This document shows positions 38,884 through 47,885 of a DNA stretch of 64,000 nucleotides, in pieces. Under the pieces are notes generated by a model that did not search any database, was not told the origin of the DNA, and worked only from the letters and a program-made list of their open reading frames with translations. The first letter of the stretch is position 1. The number at the start of each line of letters is the position of its first letter. Source of the DNA: a virus; IMG/VR virus record IMGVR_UViG_3300042691_016949, positions 6,227 to 70,226 of that record. One strand, written 5' to 3'. A program made the translations under genes and the position numbers.

Positions 38884-39327
38884 GTGAACTCCCAGGAAAT
38901 CAACCAGCGCATCGCCGACGCCATCGGGGAGGGTGACTTGCACTTCGTGATGAAGCGTGGGCTGTACTACCGACCGATGGCTCAAGGGTACACCAGTAAT
39001 CCAGATGAGGCGTGGCGACTTCCTCTCGCTGAGGCAAAGGCGCACGAGTGCTTGAGGGGCGATGAGCCCGTCACTCTCAGAAAGTGTCCACCGCGCAACT
39101 TCTGCGGCAGTCTCGACGCGATGCGGGTGGCCGAGGAGGTCATTCCTCGACACCTACTGGCCCGCTACACCCACGAAATTCTCTGCAAGACAGCCTGGAA
39201 CACGAGCCTGTACGCCTCAGAAGACACCATCCGGTACAGCCTGGCGCTGGCGTCTCCGGCTGTCCGTGCAGAAGCCTTCATAGAACTGGTTGAACGCGAT
39301 GGCCTCTTGGTGGGGAGGATGCCGTGA
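38884..39327 (+). CDS. Hypothetical phage protein
   Basis: NFCGSLDAM..AE, RAEAF pattern. Confidence 0.55.
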   Translation: MNSQEINQRIADAIGEGDLHFVMKRGLYYRPMAQGYTSNPDEAWRLPLAEAKAHECLRGDEPVTLRKCPPRNFCGSLDAMRVAEEVIPRHLLARYTHEILCKTAWNTSLYASEDTIRYSLALASPAVRAEAFIELVERDGLLVGRMP

Positions 39328-39662
39328 ACTCCCGCCTCCTTGCCGCCTTGATCGCGGTGGAGTCCGGAGGGGACAACCTTGCCTTGGGCGACCATGGACG
39401 TTCCCTGGGACCGCTCCAGATCACCAGGGCTGCCGTCAAGGACGTGAACCGGGTGTACGGGACGTCCTACCGCTGGCGGGACATGACCAACCGTCCTGTG
39501 GCCATCTGGACGGCCTCGGCCTACGTCCGCATCTACGCCCCCACCAACCCCACCGACGAACAGATGGCCCGGATACTCAACGGCGGCCCAGAAGGCCACA
39601 AGAAGCAGTCCACCGAAATCTACTGGAGGAAAGTCCAGAAGCAGATGAAAGGAAACCAATGA
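39324..39662 (+). CDS. Lysozyme-like/lytic transglycosylase domain protein
   Basis: IAVESGG, GD.G.S.GPLQI, ARILNGGP.G, YW.KV. Confidence 0.75.
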   Translation: MNSRLLAALIAVESGGDNLALGDHGRSLGPLQITRAAVKDVNRVYGTSYRWRDMTNRPVAIWTASAYVRIYAPTNPTDEQMARILNGGPEGHKKQSTEIYWRKVQKQMKGNQ

Positions 39663-40890
39663 AGAAGCAGCTTTCAGTTCTCGCCATTCTTGTGGCATCC
39701 GCTGGTTGCGGTCCCAACAAGTCCCCTGATTTGCCCATGCAAAGCCCTGCCACACAGCCGCATTCACGCTACACACTGGTCAAGGATGGCAGTTTTCGTG
39801 CCGGGTACGTTGACCCTATCGTCATGATTACTATCACGGACACAAAAACCGGCGAGCGTTGGCTTCTGTTACAAGGCCCCCGTGGTCTCTCTGTCTCTCA
39901 CTCCGACCACAAGGAGCCTGTGGGAGGTGGGAAGTGACTATTGAGAAGATCATTTCCGCTGCGGCGGAGCAGCTTGTTGTTGAAGAGTGCTCACGGGTGG
40001 CTGGGTGGACTTCAGATCATGATCCATTCAACAGGTTCGACGCTACCTTGGTCCGCAAGGCTGTCATCGCGGCCGTTGAGAAAGCGGTCGCTCAGGAGCT
40101 AGAAAAGCAACTCCCTGCGCTTGAGGAGACTGTTCGCGACGATGTTCAACGTCTCCTTTCAACCCATTCCATCAAGTTGGTGTGGGAGAAAGCGGGACAG
40201 AAGCAGATGGGTCTCCCATGATCAGCCAAGCCAACTTCAACCGCTGGTACGAACTGGTCCAGACGCTGCCGGATCCGATGGCCGAGAACCATGTGGGCCA
40301 GTACCTCCGACTCCACCGGGAGGACACCGCTTTCCGGGTGGCCTACATGAACACCCTTCGTTCGATCATCGGACGTCCCGGGAGGTCCCCGGCGATCCCC
40401 CGCAACAAGCTCGATGTCCCATTGGTGTCGGACTACGACTGCATCGACGCCAACCTCCATGAGCAGATCGAGGCCATCCTGCGGGCCAGGAAGCTGTGGG
40501 AGGAGGGGAAGTGAGGCGACCCACCTCCCCCGCCACCATTGAGGCCGTCAAGAAGGACATCCTCTTCGGCTGGTACTCCATCCCCGAGATCGCCAAGCGC
40601 AACAAGGTCTCCACGCTCACCATCAGCAAGATCAAGAAGTCACTGAAGCCATGAGTCCTCCCCGCACCTCAACCCCGACCATCATCAAGGCCCTCACAAT
40701 CCTCGCCCGGGACATCGAGTCCCAAGACGGCGTGGCCACCGCAGCCCTGCTGGAGGCAGCCCAGAGGATGGGGGAACTTGTCGATTTCGGGAACGGCATT
40801 GATGCCTGCCTGGGATGCGGCTGTGGCCAGGATGGCCCATGCAAGACGTGTCGCCGGGCGTCCGAGGCATGGACGCGGGTTTCCTGTTGA
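39659..40890 (+). other. Small hypothetical genes, including a lipoprotein-like ORF (39659-39937) and a short HTH
   Basis: MKKQLSVLAILVASAGC lipobox; stop/start-coupled short ORFs. Confidence 0.5.
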
Positions 40891-40993
40891 CCAAGGCTCG
40901 CGGGCCGCCTAGAAGGCTCGCAGACAACTGGTCCTTGGTGAGGTGAGAGCCATCAAGGAAGCAGGTTCCGAATGAACAAGAAAAACCATCTTC

Positions 40994-41070
40994 GCCCGTC
41001 TGTGCCTAGGTTACGCGACTTGTTCCGCGTGCTCTCCAATTTCCTAGGCGCAGGCGGGCTTTTTGTTTTT
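40994..41070 (+). terminator. Long stem plus U tract immediately before the initiator gene (terminator or attenuator)
   Basis: 17-bp stem GCCCGTCTGTGCCTAGG/CCTAGGCGCAGGCGGGC followed by TTTTTGTTTTT. Confidence 0.65.
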
Positions 41071-41072
41071 CT

Positions 41073-42305
41073 ATGAGTGACGCACAATACATTGAGCAGT
41101 GTTTGCTGTCTGGAAAGTTTTACTACGACGAGCCGATTGTTCTGTCGAAAAGTTGCGCTATGGTTTTCGGAGTAGATACGGCCATCATGGCACAGCAGTT
41201 TGTGTTCTGGGTTTTCAGTAGAAAGTGCCGTCTCGATGGCGAGGTTTTGGATGACAGGAAGTGGGTGTACTTCTCGCATCAGGAGCTGTTGAAGGAGTTC
41301 CCGTGGATGAAGATGCGGACGCTTCGCCGTCGCTTGGAGCTTCTGGAGGCGTGTGGGTTTCTGATCGTCAGGAGGCCCCAGAGGATGGTTGACACCCGGA
41401 ACCGCTACACCGTGAACCATGGGATCCTGGCAGCCATCGAGTCCGGGAAAGTCAACCACCTGAACGAGGAGGGGAAGTTGGTTTTCCATGTTCCGGTCGA
41501 TGAGGAAGATGTGGAACCTCCTGTCCAAATTGACCAGTCGGCAAATTTTGCCTACGGCCAAATTGAACAGGGGGTCACGGCCAAATTGGCCACTTCTCTA
41601 ACTACTCCTATCTCTCCATCCGATATCTCTGTATTAGGGGGAAAACCCGGAACCGACCACCAACCCAAGGCAACCGGGCTCCAGGAAGGCGGCAACGACC
41701 GCAAGGGACCGAACAATCCGAACCTAGAAGCAAACCCGGAGGCGGAGCCGACGGGATCGGGAAGAGAAACCCCCCCAGTTCCGCGTCCCCCCCTTACGGA
41801 CAAGTACGCCGACGCCCGGAAGGTCCTCGCCCACCTGAACGCCGCCACAGGCCGCCGGTACCGCGAGACGGACTCCAACCTCAAACTGATCCGCGGAAGG
41901 CTCCTTGAGCCCGGCGTGGACGTTGGCGGGTGCCTCCAGGTGATCGACCGCCAGTGCGCCAAGTGGCTGAAGGATCCGAAGATGGCTGAGTACCTCCGTC
42001 CTGAGACCCTTTTCGGGAAGACCAAGTTCGATTCGTACTACGCGGCGAAGGACGAGCCGGTGGTTCCGTTGACGCCCCGTGCTCCCCTGACATCCCAACC
42101 CAAAAAGCCGTGGCAGATCCGCAATGACACGAAGGATGAGCTTGGGCGCATTGAGAATGCCCTTCGGAAGCATCCAGGCTACGGTGAATCGGATGTCTAC
42201 ATTCCTGATTGGGCCACAGAAGCGCAGCGTGCGGATGCCGCAAGGCTTGTGGAGCGTCGTAAGGAGTTGAAGGCGATCTTGGCGTCCCTGCCAGCGGAAC
42301 TCTGA
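41073..42305 (+). CDS. Phage replication initiator (N-terminal wHTH, conserved phage C-terminal domain)
   Basis: WVYFS..L..FPW..RTL.R.L; HLN..TGRRY...W..DPKM.EYLRPETLFG.TKFDSY; upstream of DnaB. Confidence 0.85.
   Translation: MSDAQYIEQCLLSGKFYYDEPIVLSKSCAMVFGVDTAIMAQQFVFWVFSRKCRLDGEVLDDRKWVYFSHQELLKEFPWMKMRTLRRRLELLEACGFLIVRRPQRMVDTRNRYTVNHGILAAIESGKVNHLNEEGKLVFHVPVDEEDVEPPVQIDQSANFAYGQIEQGVTAKLATSLTTPISPSDISVLGGKPGTDHQPKATGLQEGGNDRKGPNNPNLEANPEAEPTGSGRETPPVPRPPLTDKYADARKVLAHLNAATGRRYRETDSNLKLIRGRLLEPGVDVGGCLQVIDRQCAKWLKDPKMAEYLRPETLFGKTKFDSYYAAKDEPVVPLTPRAPLTSQPKKPWQIRNDTKDELGRIENALRKHPGYGESDVYIPDWATEAQRADAARLVERRKELKAILASLPAEL
41524..41592 (+). repeat. Four iteron-like repeats, candidate origin
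   Basis: TCCAAATTGACCA, GGCAAATTTTGCC, GGCCAAATTGAACA, GGCCAAATTGGCCA in the initiator linker. Confidence 0.7.
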
Positions 42306-42308
42306 CCC

Positions 42309-43661
42309 ATGAGCCGCCAGTCCAACAAGCTCCTCGACCACATGCGTCTACCACCCCATTCCATAGAGGCGGAGCAGGGGGCCTTGAGCGCGATGATGCA
42401 GGACCCACAGGAGGTCATCCCCATCGCCCGTGCGAAACTGACTACCGAATCCTTCTATGACTTGAGGCATCAGGAAATCTGGTCGGCGATGCTGGCCTTG
42501 AACGAGGCGTTGGTGCCGGTGGACCTGATCACCTTGTCCAACAGGATGGCCGGGAATCTGGAGGCGTGTGGAGGGCTGGCGTACCTGGCCTCGCTTCAGG
42601 ACGCGGCACCGTCGGCGTCGGCCTTCAAATACTACGCGGACATCCTCACGGAGAAGCAGATGCTGCGCGGCTTGCTCAAGGCGGCCTCGCAGGCCACGGA
42701 CGCGGTGTACACGAGCGAGGGGTCGGCCGAGAGCCTTGTGGCGACCCACCTGAGCGCCGTGGAGGCCCTCAACAAGGCGGACACCACGCAATCCCTGACG
42801 GCCAAGGCGGCGGTGGGGCAGGTGATCGACAGGCTGGAGGCGGTCTACGGCGGCACACTGCCTCCTTCGGTTCCCACGGGAATCCCGTTGTTCGACGACA
42901 AGGCGGGAGGGTTGTGGCCCCAGGACCTCGTCATCATCGCCGCCCGCCCATCGGTGGGCAAGACGGCCTTGATGATCCAGATCGCCCGGGACTCCGCGGC
43001 GGCGGGGACTCCTGTCGGCATCTTCTCGGCGGAGATGAGCGTCCACGCCTTGACTGAGCGGTCCATAGGCGGTGCGGCCGGTGTGAACACGCGCTACGTG
43101 AAGCATTGGAAGGAACCAGAGTTCCGGGCGTTCCATGTGGAGGCTGCGAAGTTCGCGAGGTTGCCCATCTACATGGACGACACCCCGAGGATCACGGTGG
43201 AGAAGATCCGCGCCATCACCCGGGAGTGGGTCAAGAAGCATGGGGTGAAGCTGATCACGGTGGACTACATCCAGTTGCTGACCACGGAGAAGAGGACGGA
43301 CAGCCGGGAGCAGGAGGTGGCCCACATTTGCAGCACGCTGTTCCTGATCGCCCGCGAGAACAACATCTCCGTGATGGCCCTCGCGCAGCTCAACCGGGAG
43401 TCCGAGAAGAAGGGGGCTGGAGCGCCCAAGATGAGCCAGATGCGGGAGTCGGGTTCCTTGGAGCAGGACGCCGCCGTCGTGGGGATCCTCTACCGGGTGG
43501 ACGATGACGAGGACGGAGGCAAGGAGGCGCGGTACAACAGCGAGCCGTTCAAGGTGTTCCTGGACATCCAGAAGAACCGGTACGGTGGACCGTTCCGGGT
43601 ACCCCTCATGTTCCACCCGAAGAACCAGCGGATGGCTGAGATTTCAAGGATCGACGCCTAA
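42309..43661 (+). CDS. dnaB: Replicative DNA helicase
   Basis: PPHSIEAEQ, AARPSVGKT, SAEM, VDYIQL, LAQLNR, RESGSLEQDA, KNRYG. Confidence 0.95.
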   Translation: MSRQSNKLLDHMRLPPHSIEAEQGALSAMMQDPQEVIPIARAKLTTESFYDLRHQEIWSAMLALNEALVPVDLITLSNRMAGNLEACGGLAYLASLQDAAPSASAFKYYADILTEKQMLRGLLKAASQATDAVYTSEGSAESLVATHLSAVEALNKADTTQSLTAKAAVGQVIDRLEAVYGGTLPPSVPTGIPLFDDKAGGLWPQDLVIIAARPSVGKTALMIQIARDSAAAGTPVGIFSAEMSVHALTERSIGGAAGVNTRYVKHWKEPEFRAFHVEAAKFARLPIYMDDTPRITVEKIRAITREWVKKHGVKLITVDYIQLLTTEKRTDSREQEVAHICSTLFLIARENNISVMALAQLNRESEKKGAGAPKMSQMRESGSLEQDAAVVGILYRVDDDEDGGKEARYNSEPFKVFLDIQKNRYGGPFRVPLMFHPKNQRMAEISRIDA

Positions 43662-43713
43662 GAAACTTCCCCCTTGACGCCACCCAACTCCCCATGCAAC
43701 AGTTCGACCTGCT

Positions 43714-43887
43714 ATGAGCAACCCTGAAAAGGAATCGAAGGCCCGCCAGCTCTTGGCGGACGCGCAACGCAACGCCATCGAGGCCAAGCGCCTCCTGGAC
43801 GGCCATGCCGCCCGCATCTTCGCGGACAAGGCGATCAAGAACCTCGACGAGGGGTTGGAGTGGCTGAAGGAGAAGGAGGCCAAGTGA
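43714..43887 (+). CDS. Small hypothetical protein
   Basis: 57-aa ORF after the TTGACG promoter at 43674. Confidence 0.5.
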   Translation: MSNPEKESKARQLLADAQRNAIEAKRLLDGHAARIFADKAIKNLDEGLEWLKEKEAK

Positions 43888-44068
43888 GCGACAAACTTTC
43901 ATCTGTTCACGGGGCTGTGAAGGAGATTTGCGAGGCGGCGTGCGTCATCGTGGTGATAGTCCTTGTGTTTCGGTCATGCCAATCAGGACTTGATCACAAT
44001 CGCGAAAAGGAGCTTCTGGAATTGCGAATCAAAGCCGGAGTCAGCTTGGAATCCAAGGCAGCCAATCC

Positions 44069-45166
44069 ATGACACTTCGTCCCCACCAGCAGAAGGCCCG
44101 TGAATGGGCGGATCAGTACGACCGTGGGCTTGTGGTTTCTCCCGCTGGGAGCGGGAAAACTTACATGATGGCGGCCATCGCCTTGGACTGCATGAACACC
44201 ACTGGTGGGACAATCGGTGTCCTAGCCCCCACCAATGAGACCTGCGCCCAAATCTACAAGTCGATGGAAGCGATGGGGATCGACATGTCCTTCGTGGAAA
44301 TCCGCTGCCCCCATTCGTCCGTGGACTTCAGCCGCAAGGAGATGGTGTTGATTGACGAGTGCAAACACGCCGTCAGTGACCTGTGGTACAACTGCTTGGA
44401 GAAGGGGTTTCCGAACCGCCTCTTCGGCTTTGACGCGACCCCATTCCGGGACTTCGACGACGAGCGGAACGATGCGCTTCGTCGCCTGTTTGACAACCAC
44501 ATCCTCGTCATCGACCCATCGGAAATCGGAGACTCTCTTTGTGGAGCAAAGGTCATTCTGTCCGACGCTACGGACCCGTTCCTTGAGGACCGCATCAACT
44601 CGAACACGGAGCGGCTCGTGCGGACCCGCAGCCGGTTTATGCGAATCGAGGAAGGCGAACTCCGTGCGATGTGCCTCTGGCAGTCCATCATCGACATCGG
44701 GATCGTCAACAACGTGGCCCGGAACAACCAGGTGGTCCGGTGGGCCAAGTCCCACCTGGAGGAGCAGGTGCTGATCCTCGTTCCGTCCGTCACCTTGGGT
44801 GAGCGGTACGAGCGGCTGATCCCCAACTCACTGTGCGTCCACTCGAAGCTGGGCAAGCCGAAGCGCAGGAAGGCCATGGAGGACTTCAAGGCGGGCAACC
44901 TGAAGTGCATGATCGCCACGAGCTTGGCGGACGAGGGGCTCGACCTTCCCAACGCAAAGGTGTTGATCATGGTGTCAGGAGGTCGGTCCACCCAGAAGAC
45001 CATCCAACGGACGGCCCGTGTGCTCCGCTCCCACCACTCGAAGGACGGCGCGACCATCTACGACTTCAACGACCTCTTCCACCCAACCGCCACGAAGCAC
45101 GCCCAGCGCCGGCAGGCGGTCTACCGGGAGATGGAGTACGACATCCAAGAGGAGGCTGTGTTCTAG
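44069..45166 (+). CDS. SF2 (DEAD/DEAH-like) helicase
   Basis: LRPHQ, PAGSGKT, IDECKH, DATP, EGLDLP, QRTARVLR. Confidence 0.9.
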   Translation: MTLRPHQQKAREWADQYDRGLVVSPAGSGKTYMMAAIALDCMNTTGGTIGVLAPTNETCAQIYKSMEAMGIDMSFVEIRCPHSSVDFSRKEMVLIDECKHAVSDLWYNCLEKGFPNRLFGFDATPFRDFDDERNDALRRLFDNHILVIDPSEIGDSLCGAKVILSDATDPFLEDRINSNTERLVRTRSRFMRIEEGELRAMCLWQSIIDIGIVNNVARNNQVVRWAKSHLEEQVLILVPSVTLGERYERLIPNSLCVHSKLGKPKRRKAMEDFKAGNLKCMIATSLADEGLDLPNAKVLIMVSGGRSTQKTIQRTARVLRSHHSKDGATIYDFNDLFHPTATKHAQRRQAVYREMEYDIQEEAVF

Positions 45167-45364
45167 CATGAGCCAAGATTGCAAACCGGACGTCTCATCA
45201 GGCGGCAAGAGTGATCGCGAAAACTTTTGCAACAACAGGATCCTGCTTACAGGTGAGTGTTGGATGATGTGCAGGGAATGTGGATCAAGGTTGTGGTCGT
45301 TCGATGGTGTCTCTGACGCATCTAGGGGGTGCCCATACAAGCACGACGGGTATTGCGACCCAGA

Positions 45365-45646
45365 ATGAACGAAGACTGGACATGCACACCTCTGGAGAAT
45401 GAGTGGTTCCGGTTCTCCGTGGGGTCAAAGAGCCGGCCTGGCCATGCCCACATCGTGGATCTGGAGGGTGACAAGTGCCTCGGCCACTGCACCTGTGAGC
45501 GGTTCCGCTTTGTCGTCCACGTCGAACGGGCAACCCAGAAGAACCCGAAGTGTGAGTGTCGCCACATCACCATCGCCAAGAGGGCTTGGGCCGACCTCAT
45601 GCTCCCCCATTTCGTCAAGCAGTTGAGCAAGAAACCGAACAAATGA
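45365..45646 (+). CDS. SWIM-type zinc finger protein
   Basis: CTC...CRHI. Confidence 0.65.
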   Translation: MNEDWTCTPLENEWFRFSVGSKSRPGHAHIVDLEGDKCLGHCTCERFRFVVHVERATQKNPKCECRHITIAKRAWADLMLPHFVKQLSKKPNK

Positions 45647-46677
45647 AGAACATCGCCATCATCTACCACGACGCCGACTTCGACGGGAAACTGTCGAACG
45701 AGGTCTGCCGCTTCCACCTGAAGAAGCTGCACCCCGACGCCGCCATCCACTCCTACGGGTGGGACTACGGGAGGCCGATTCCGACACCGGAAGGCATTTG
45801 GGACTACTCTGGCGTCGAGCTTCCGGGTGATCTTCCGAGCGTTTCGTACAAGTGGGAGGCCTACGACGCCATCTACATCGTGGACCTGTCGGTTGACGAG
45901 CTGATGGCGCGGCCCGAACTGCGCGACAAGATCGTCTGGATCGACCACCACAAGTCGGCCATCGAGAAGTGGGACCATATTGGTGATGCCACCAGAATGG
46001 TCGGCTACCGCATCGACGGCGTGGCAGCCTGCCGCCTCTGCTGGCAGTGGTTCACGGCGGACACTGGGCCGCATGGCGATCCGCGAATTCATCCGGCAGA
46101 TCGGAATCTTCCTCAGAAGCACGACTACTTCGGCAGGGAAGTCTCTGAGCCCCAGCTCATCCGCCTCGCCGGAGAGTACGACATCTGGGACCATCGTGAT
46201 CCTGACGCGAAGGCGTTGCAGTTTGGGCTGCGGGCGTTGTCGGGTGAGGCCCTCGCTGATCTCGTCCACGAAGAGTTCCACGCTCCTGCGACGTACCCTG
46301 ACCCCAATCCGACCCCTCGGCTCTGCGACGCCGTCGCCCACGGCCACGCCATTAAGTCCTACTGCGACAAGCAAAACGACGAGTACAGTGCGGCCTACGC
46401 TCGCACGCTGGAGTGGGAGGGGTTGAAGTTCTGCTGCCTCAACATCGGGCAGCGTGGCAACAGCGACCTGCTCCGCGGCGGCATCAAGCCGGAACACCAA
46501 GCCTGCTTCGCGTGGCGGCACACTGGCGACGGCGTCATGGTGAGCCTCTACCACATCGAAGGCCACACGGACATCGACCTATCCAAGATCGCCGTGAAGT
46601 ACGGCGGTGGCGGCCATCGTGGTGCCTGCGGATTCCGTGTCACCATCAAGCAGCTCGACGAGATCCTTTCCAAATGA
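45643..46677 (+). CDS. DHH/DHHA1 phosphoesterase
   Basis: YHDADFDG, VDLS, WIDHHKS, YDIW, GGGGHRGACGF. Confidence 0.9.
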   Translation: MKNIAIIYHDADFDGKLSNEVCRFHLKKLHPDAAIHSYGWDYGRPIPTPEGIWDYSGVELPGDLPSVSYKWEAYDAIYIVDLSVDELMARPELRDKIVWIDHHKSAIEKWDHIGDATRMVGYRIDGVAACRLCWQWFTADTGPHGDPRIHPADRNLPQKHDYFGREVSEPQLIRLAGEYDIWDHRDPDAKALQFGLRALSGEALADLVHEEFHAPATYPDPNPTPRLCDAVAHGHAIKSYCDKQNDEYSAAYARTLEWEGLKFCCLNIGQRGNSDLLRGGIKPEHQACFAWRHTGDGVMVSLYHIEGHTDIDLSKIAVKYGGGGHRGACGFRVTIKQLDEILSK

Positions 46678-47195
46678 AATCCGTCCATCACCGATACCTC
46701 GAATACCACGAACGCATCCTCCGCTGGCAGCAGGGCATGGGGCAGGACATCAACGACCCGCAACAGGCTGTGAACCAGTGGAAGTACACCCAGAGCGAAT
46801 GGGCTGAACTGCTGGACGCCATCGTTACCAAGGACGTCAAGCTGACCGCTGACGGCATCGGGGACGTCCTGTTCACCGCTCTTGGGATGCCGCTGCCGTT
46901 TGTGCTGAACCTGATCTACGACCGCCACGCAGGACTCCTGTTCATCATCGAGGCCCTGTCAATCGCCAGCAACTGGGACCAGTTCGAGATCCTGGAGGCC
47001 GTCTGCAAGTCCAACGACTCGAAGTTCTGGGAGACCGTGGACGGCGTTGACACCGAACTCTACACCATCCACTCTGCGAACAACGGGAAGTTCGTGGTCC
47101 GGTCGAAGGACACCAACAAGGTGGTCAAGCCGCCCACCTTCAAGGAGCCCGACTTCTCCGCCATCCTCAATGGTCCATCGCTCAAGCCCCGCTAA
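46674..47195 (+). CDS. MazG-like/all-alpha NTP pyrophosphohydrolase
   Basis: SEWAEL..A, ADGIGDVLF, SNDSK, KVVKP..FKEPD. Confidence 0.75.
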   Translation: MKSVHHRYLEYHERILRWQQGMGQDINDPQQAVNQWKYTQSEWAELLDAIVTKDVKLTADGIGDVLFTALGMPLPFVLNLIYDRHAGLLFIIEALSIASNWDQFEILEAVCKSNDSKFWETVDGVDTELYTIHSANNGKFVVRSKDTNKVVKPPTFKEPDFSAILNGPSLKPR

Positions 47196-47496
47196 TACCT
47201 CCAACAAGACCAAGCCCCGCTACCGGATCCCTGCGATGAGCAAGGCCCGGTACGCACGGATGAAGGAGTACGGGAAGCTCCGGAAGGAGTTCCTGGCCAC
47301 CAACAAGCTCTGTGCGCGGTGCGGCAAGAAGGCGACTGACATCCACCACATGCGTGGGCGTGTTGGTCGCCTTCTTTGCATGAATGAGTATTGGGTTTCA
47401 GTATGCCGTCAGTGTCATCATTTCATAGGAGAGAATCCAGCAGAGGCCCGCGCTGAAGGCTTCCTGTGCGAGCTGGGCAAGTGGAACACCCCATGA
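47170..47496 (+). CDS. HNH endonuclease-like protein (start 47170 or 47236)
   Basis: CARC..ATDIHH..GR...VCRQCH. Confidence 0.75.
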   Translation: MVHRSSPANTSNKTKPRYRIPAMSKARYARMKEYGKLRKEFLATNKLCARCGKKATDIHHMRGRVGRLLCMNEYWVSVCRQCHHFIGENPAEARAEGFLCELGKWNTP

Positions 47497-47885
47497 AGGG
47501 ATTCAGTAGCAACTGGTATGACGACTACCTCAAACGCCAAGCTTCCGCAGCAGCCGGAAGGCCCTCCGTGGATCGAGCTAAGGGTGAAGCACAAGGTTCC
47601 AAGCCTGAACCAGCTCTTGGCGATGAATCCTTGGCAGCGCAGGAAGGAAAAGCAGAAAACCCAGGCCGCTGTTTTATCAGCATTGAAAGCCGCAGAAAGC
47701 GACTTATCGACCCACGCGCAAACCTTTACGGCGGAAGCAAGTACATTGAAGACGCTTGTATGTACGCTGGAGCGTTACATGACGACGATCAGGAGTTCTC
47801 CGAAGGAATTGTCACGCAAACAAAAGTCAGCAAAGATGAAGAAGAAGTGACCATCATCAGGATTTGGAAGCTCGACCATCCTTGA
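47493..47885 (+). CDS. RusA-like resolvase, C-terminal catalytic half
   Basis: RRKRLIDPRANL..SKYIED...GALHDDD...TIIRI. Confidence 0.65.
   Translation: MKGFSSNWYDDYLKRQASAAAGRPSVDRAKGEAQGSKPEPALGDESLAAQEGKAENPGRCFISIESRRKRLIDPRANLYGGSKYIEDACMYAGALHDDDQEFSEGIVTQTKVSKDEEEVTIIRIWKLDHP
47518..47850 (+). CDS. Overlapping ORF carrying the RusA N-terminal PSLN motif
   Basis: IELRV...VPSLNQL..MNPWQRRKEK. Confidence 0.55.
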   Translation: MTTTSNAKLPQQPEGPPWIELRVKHKVPSLNQLLAMNPWQRRKEKQKTQAAVLSALKAAESDLSTHAQTFTAEASTLKTLVCTLERYMTTIRSSPKELSRKQKSAKMKKK

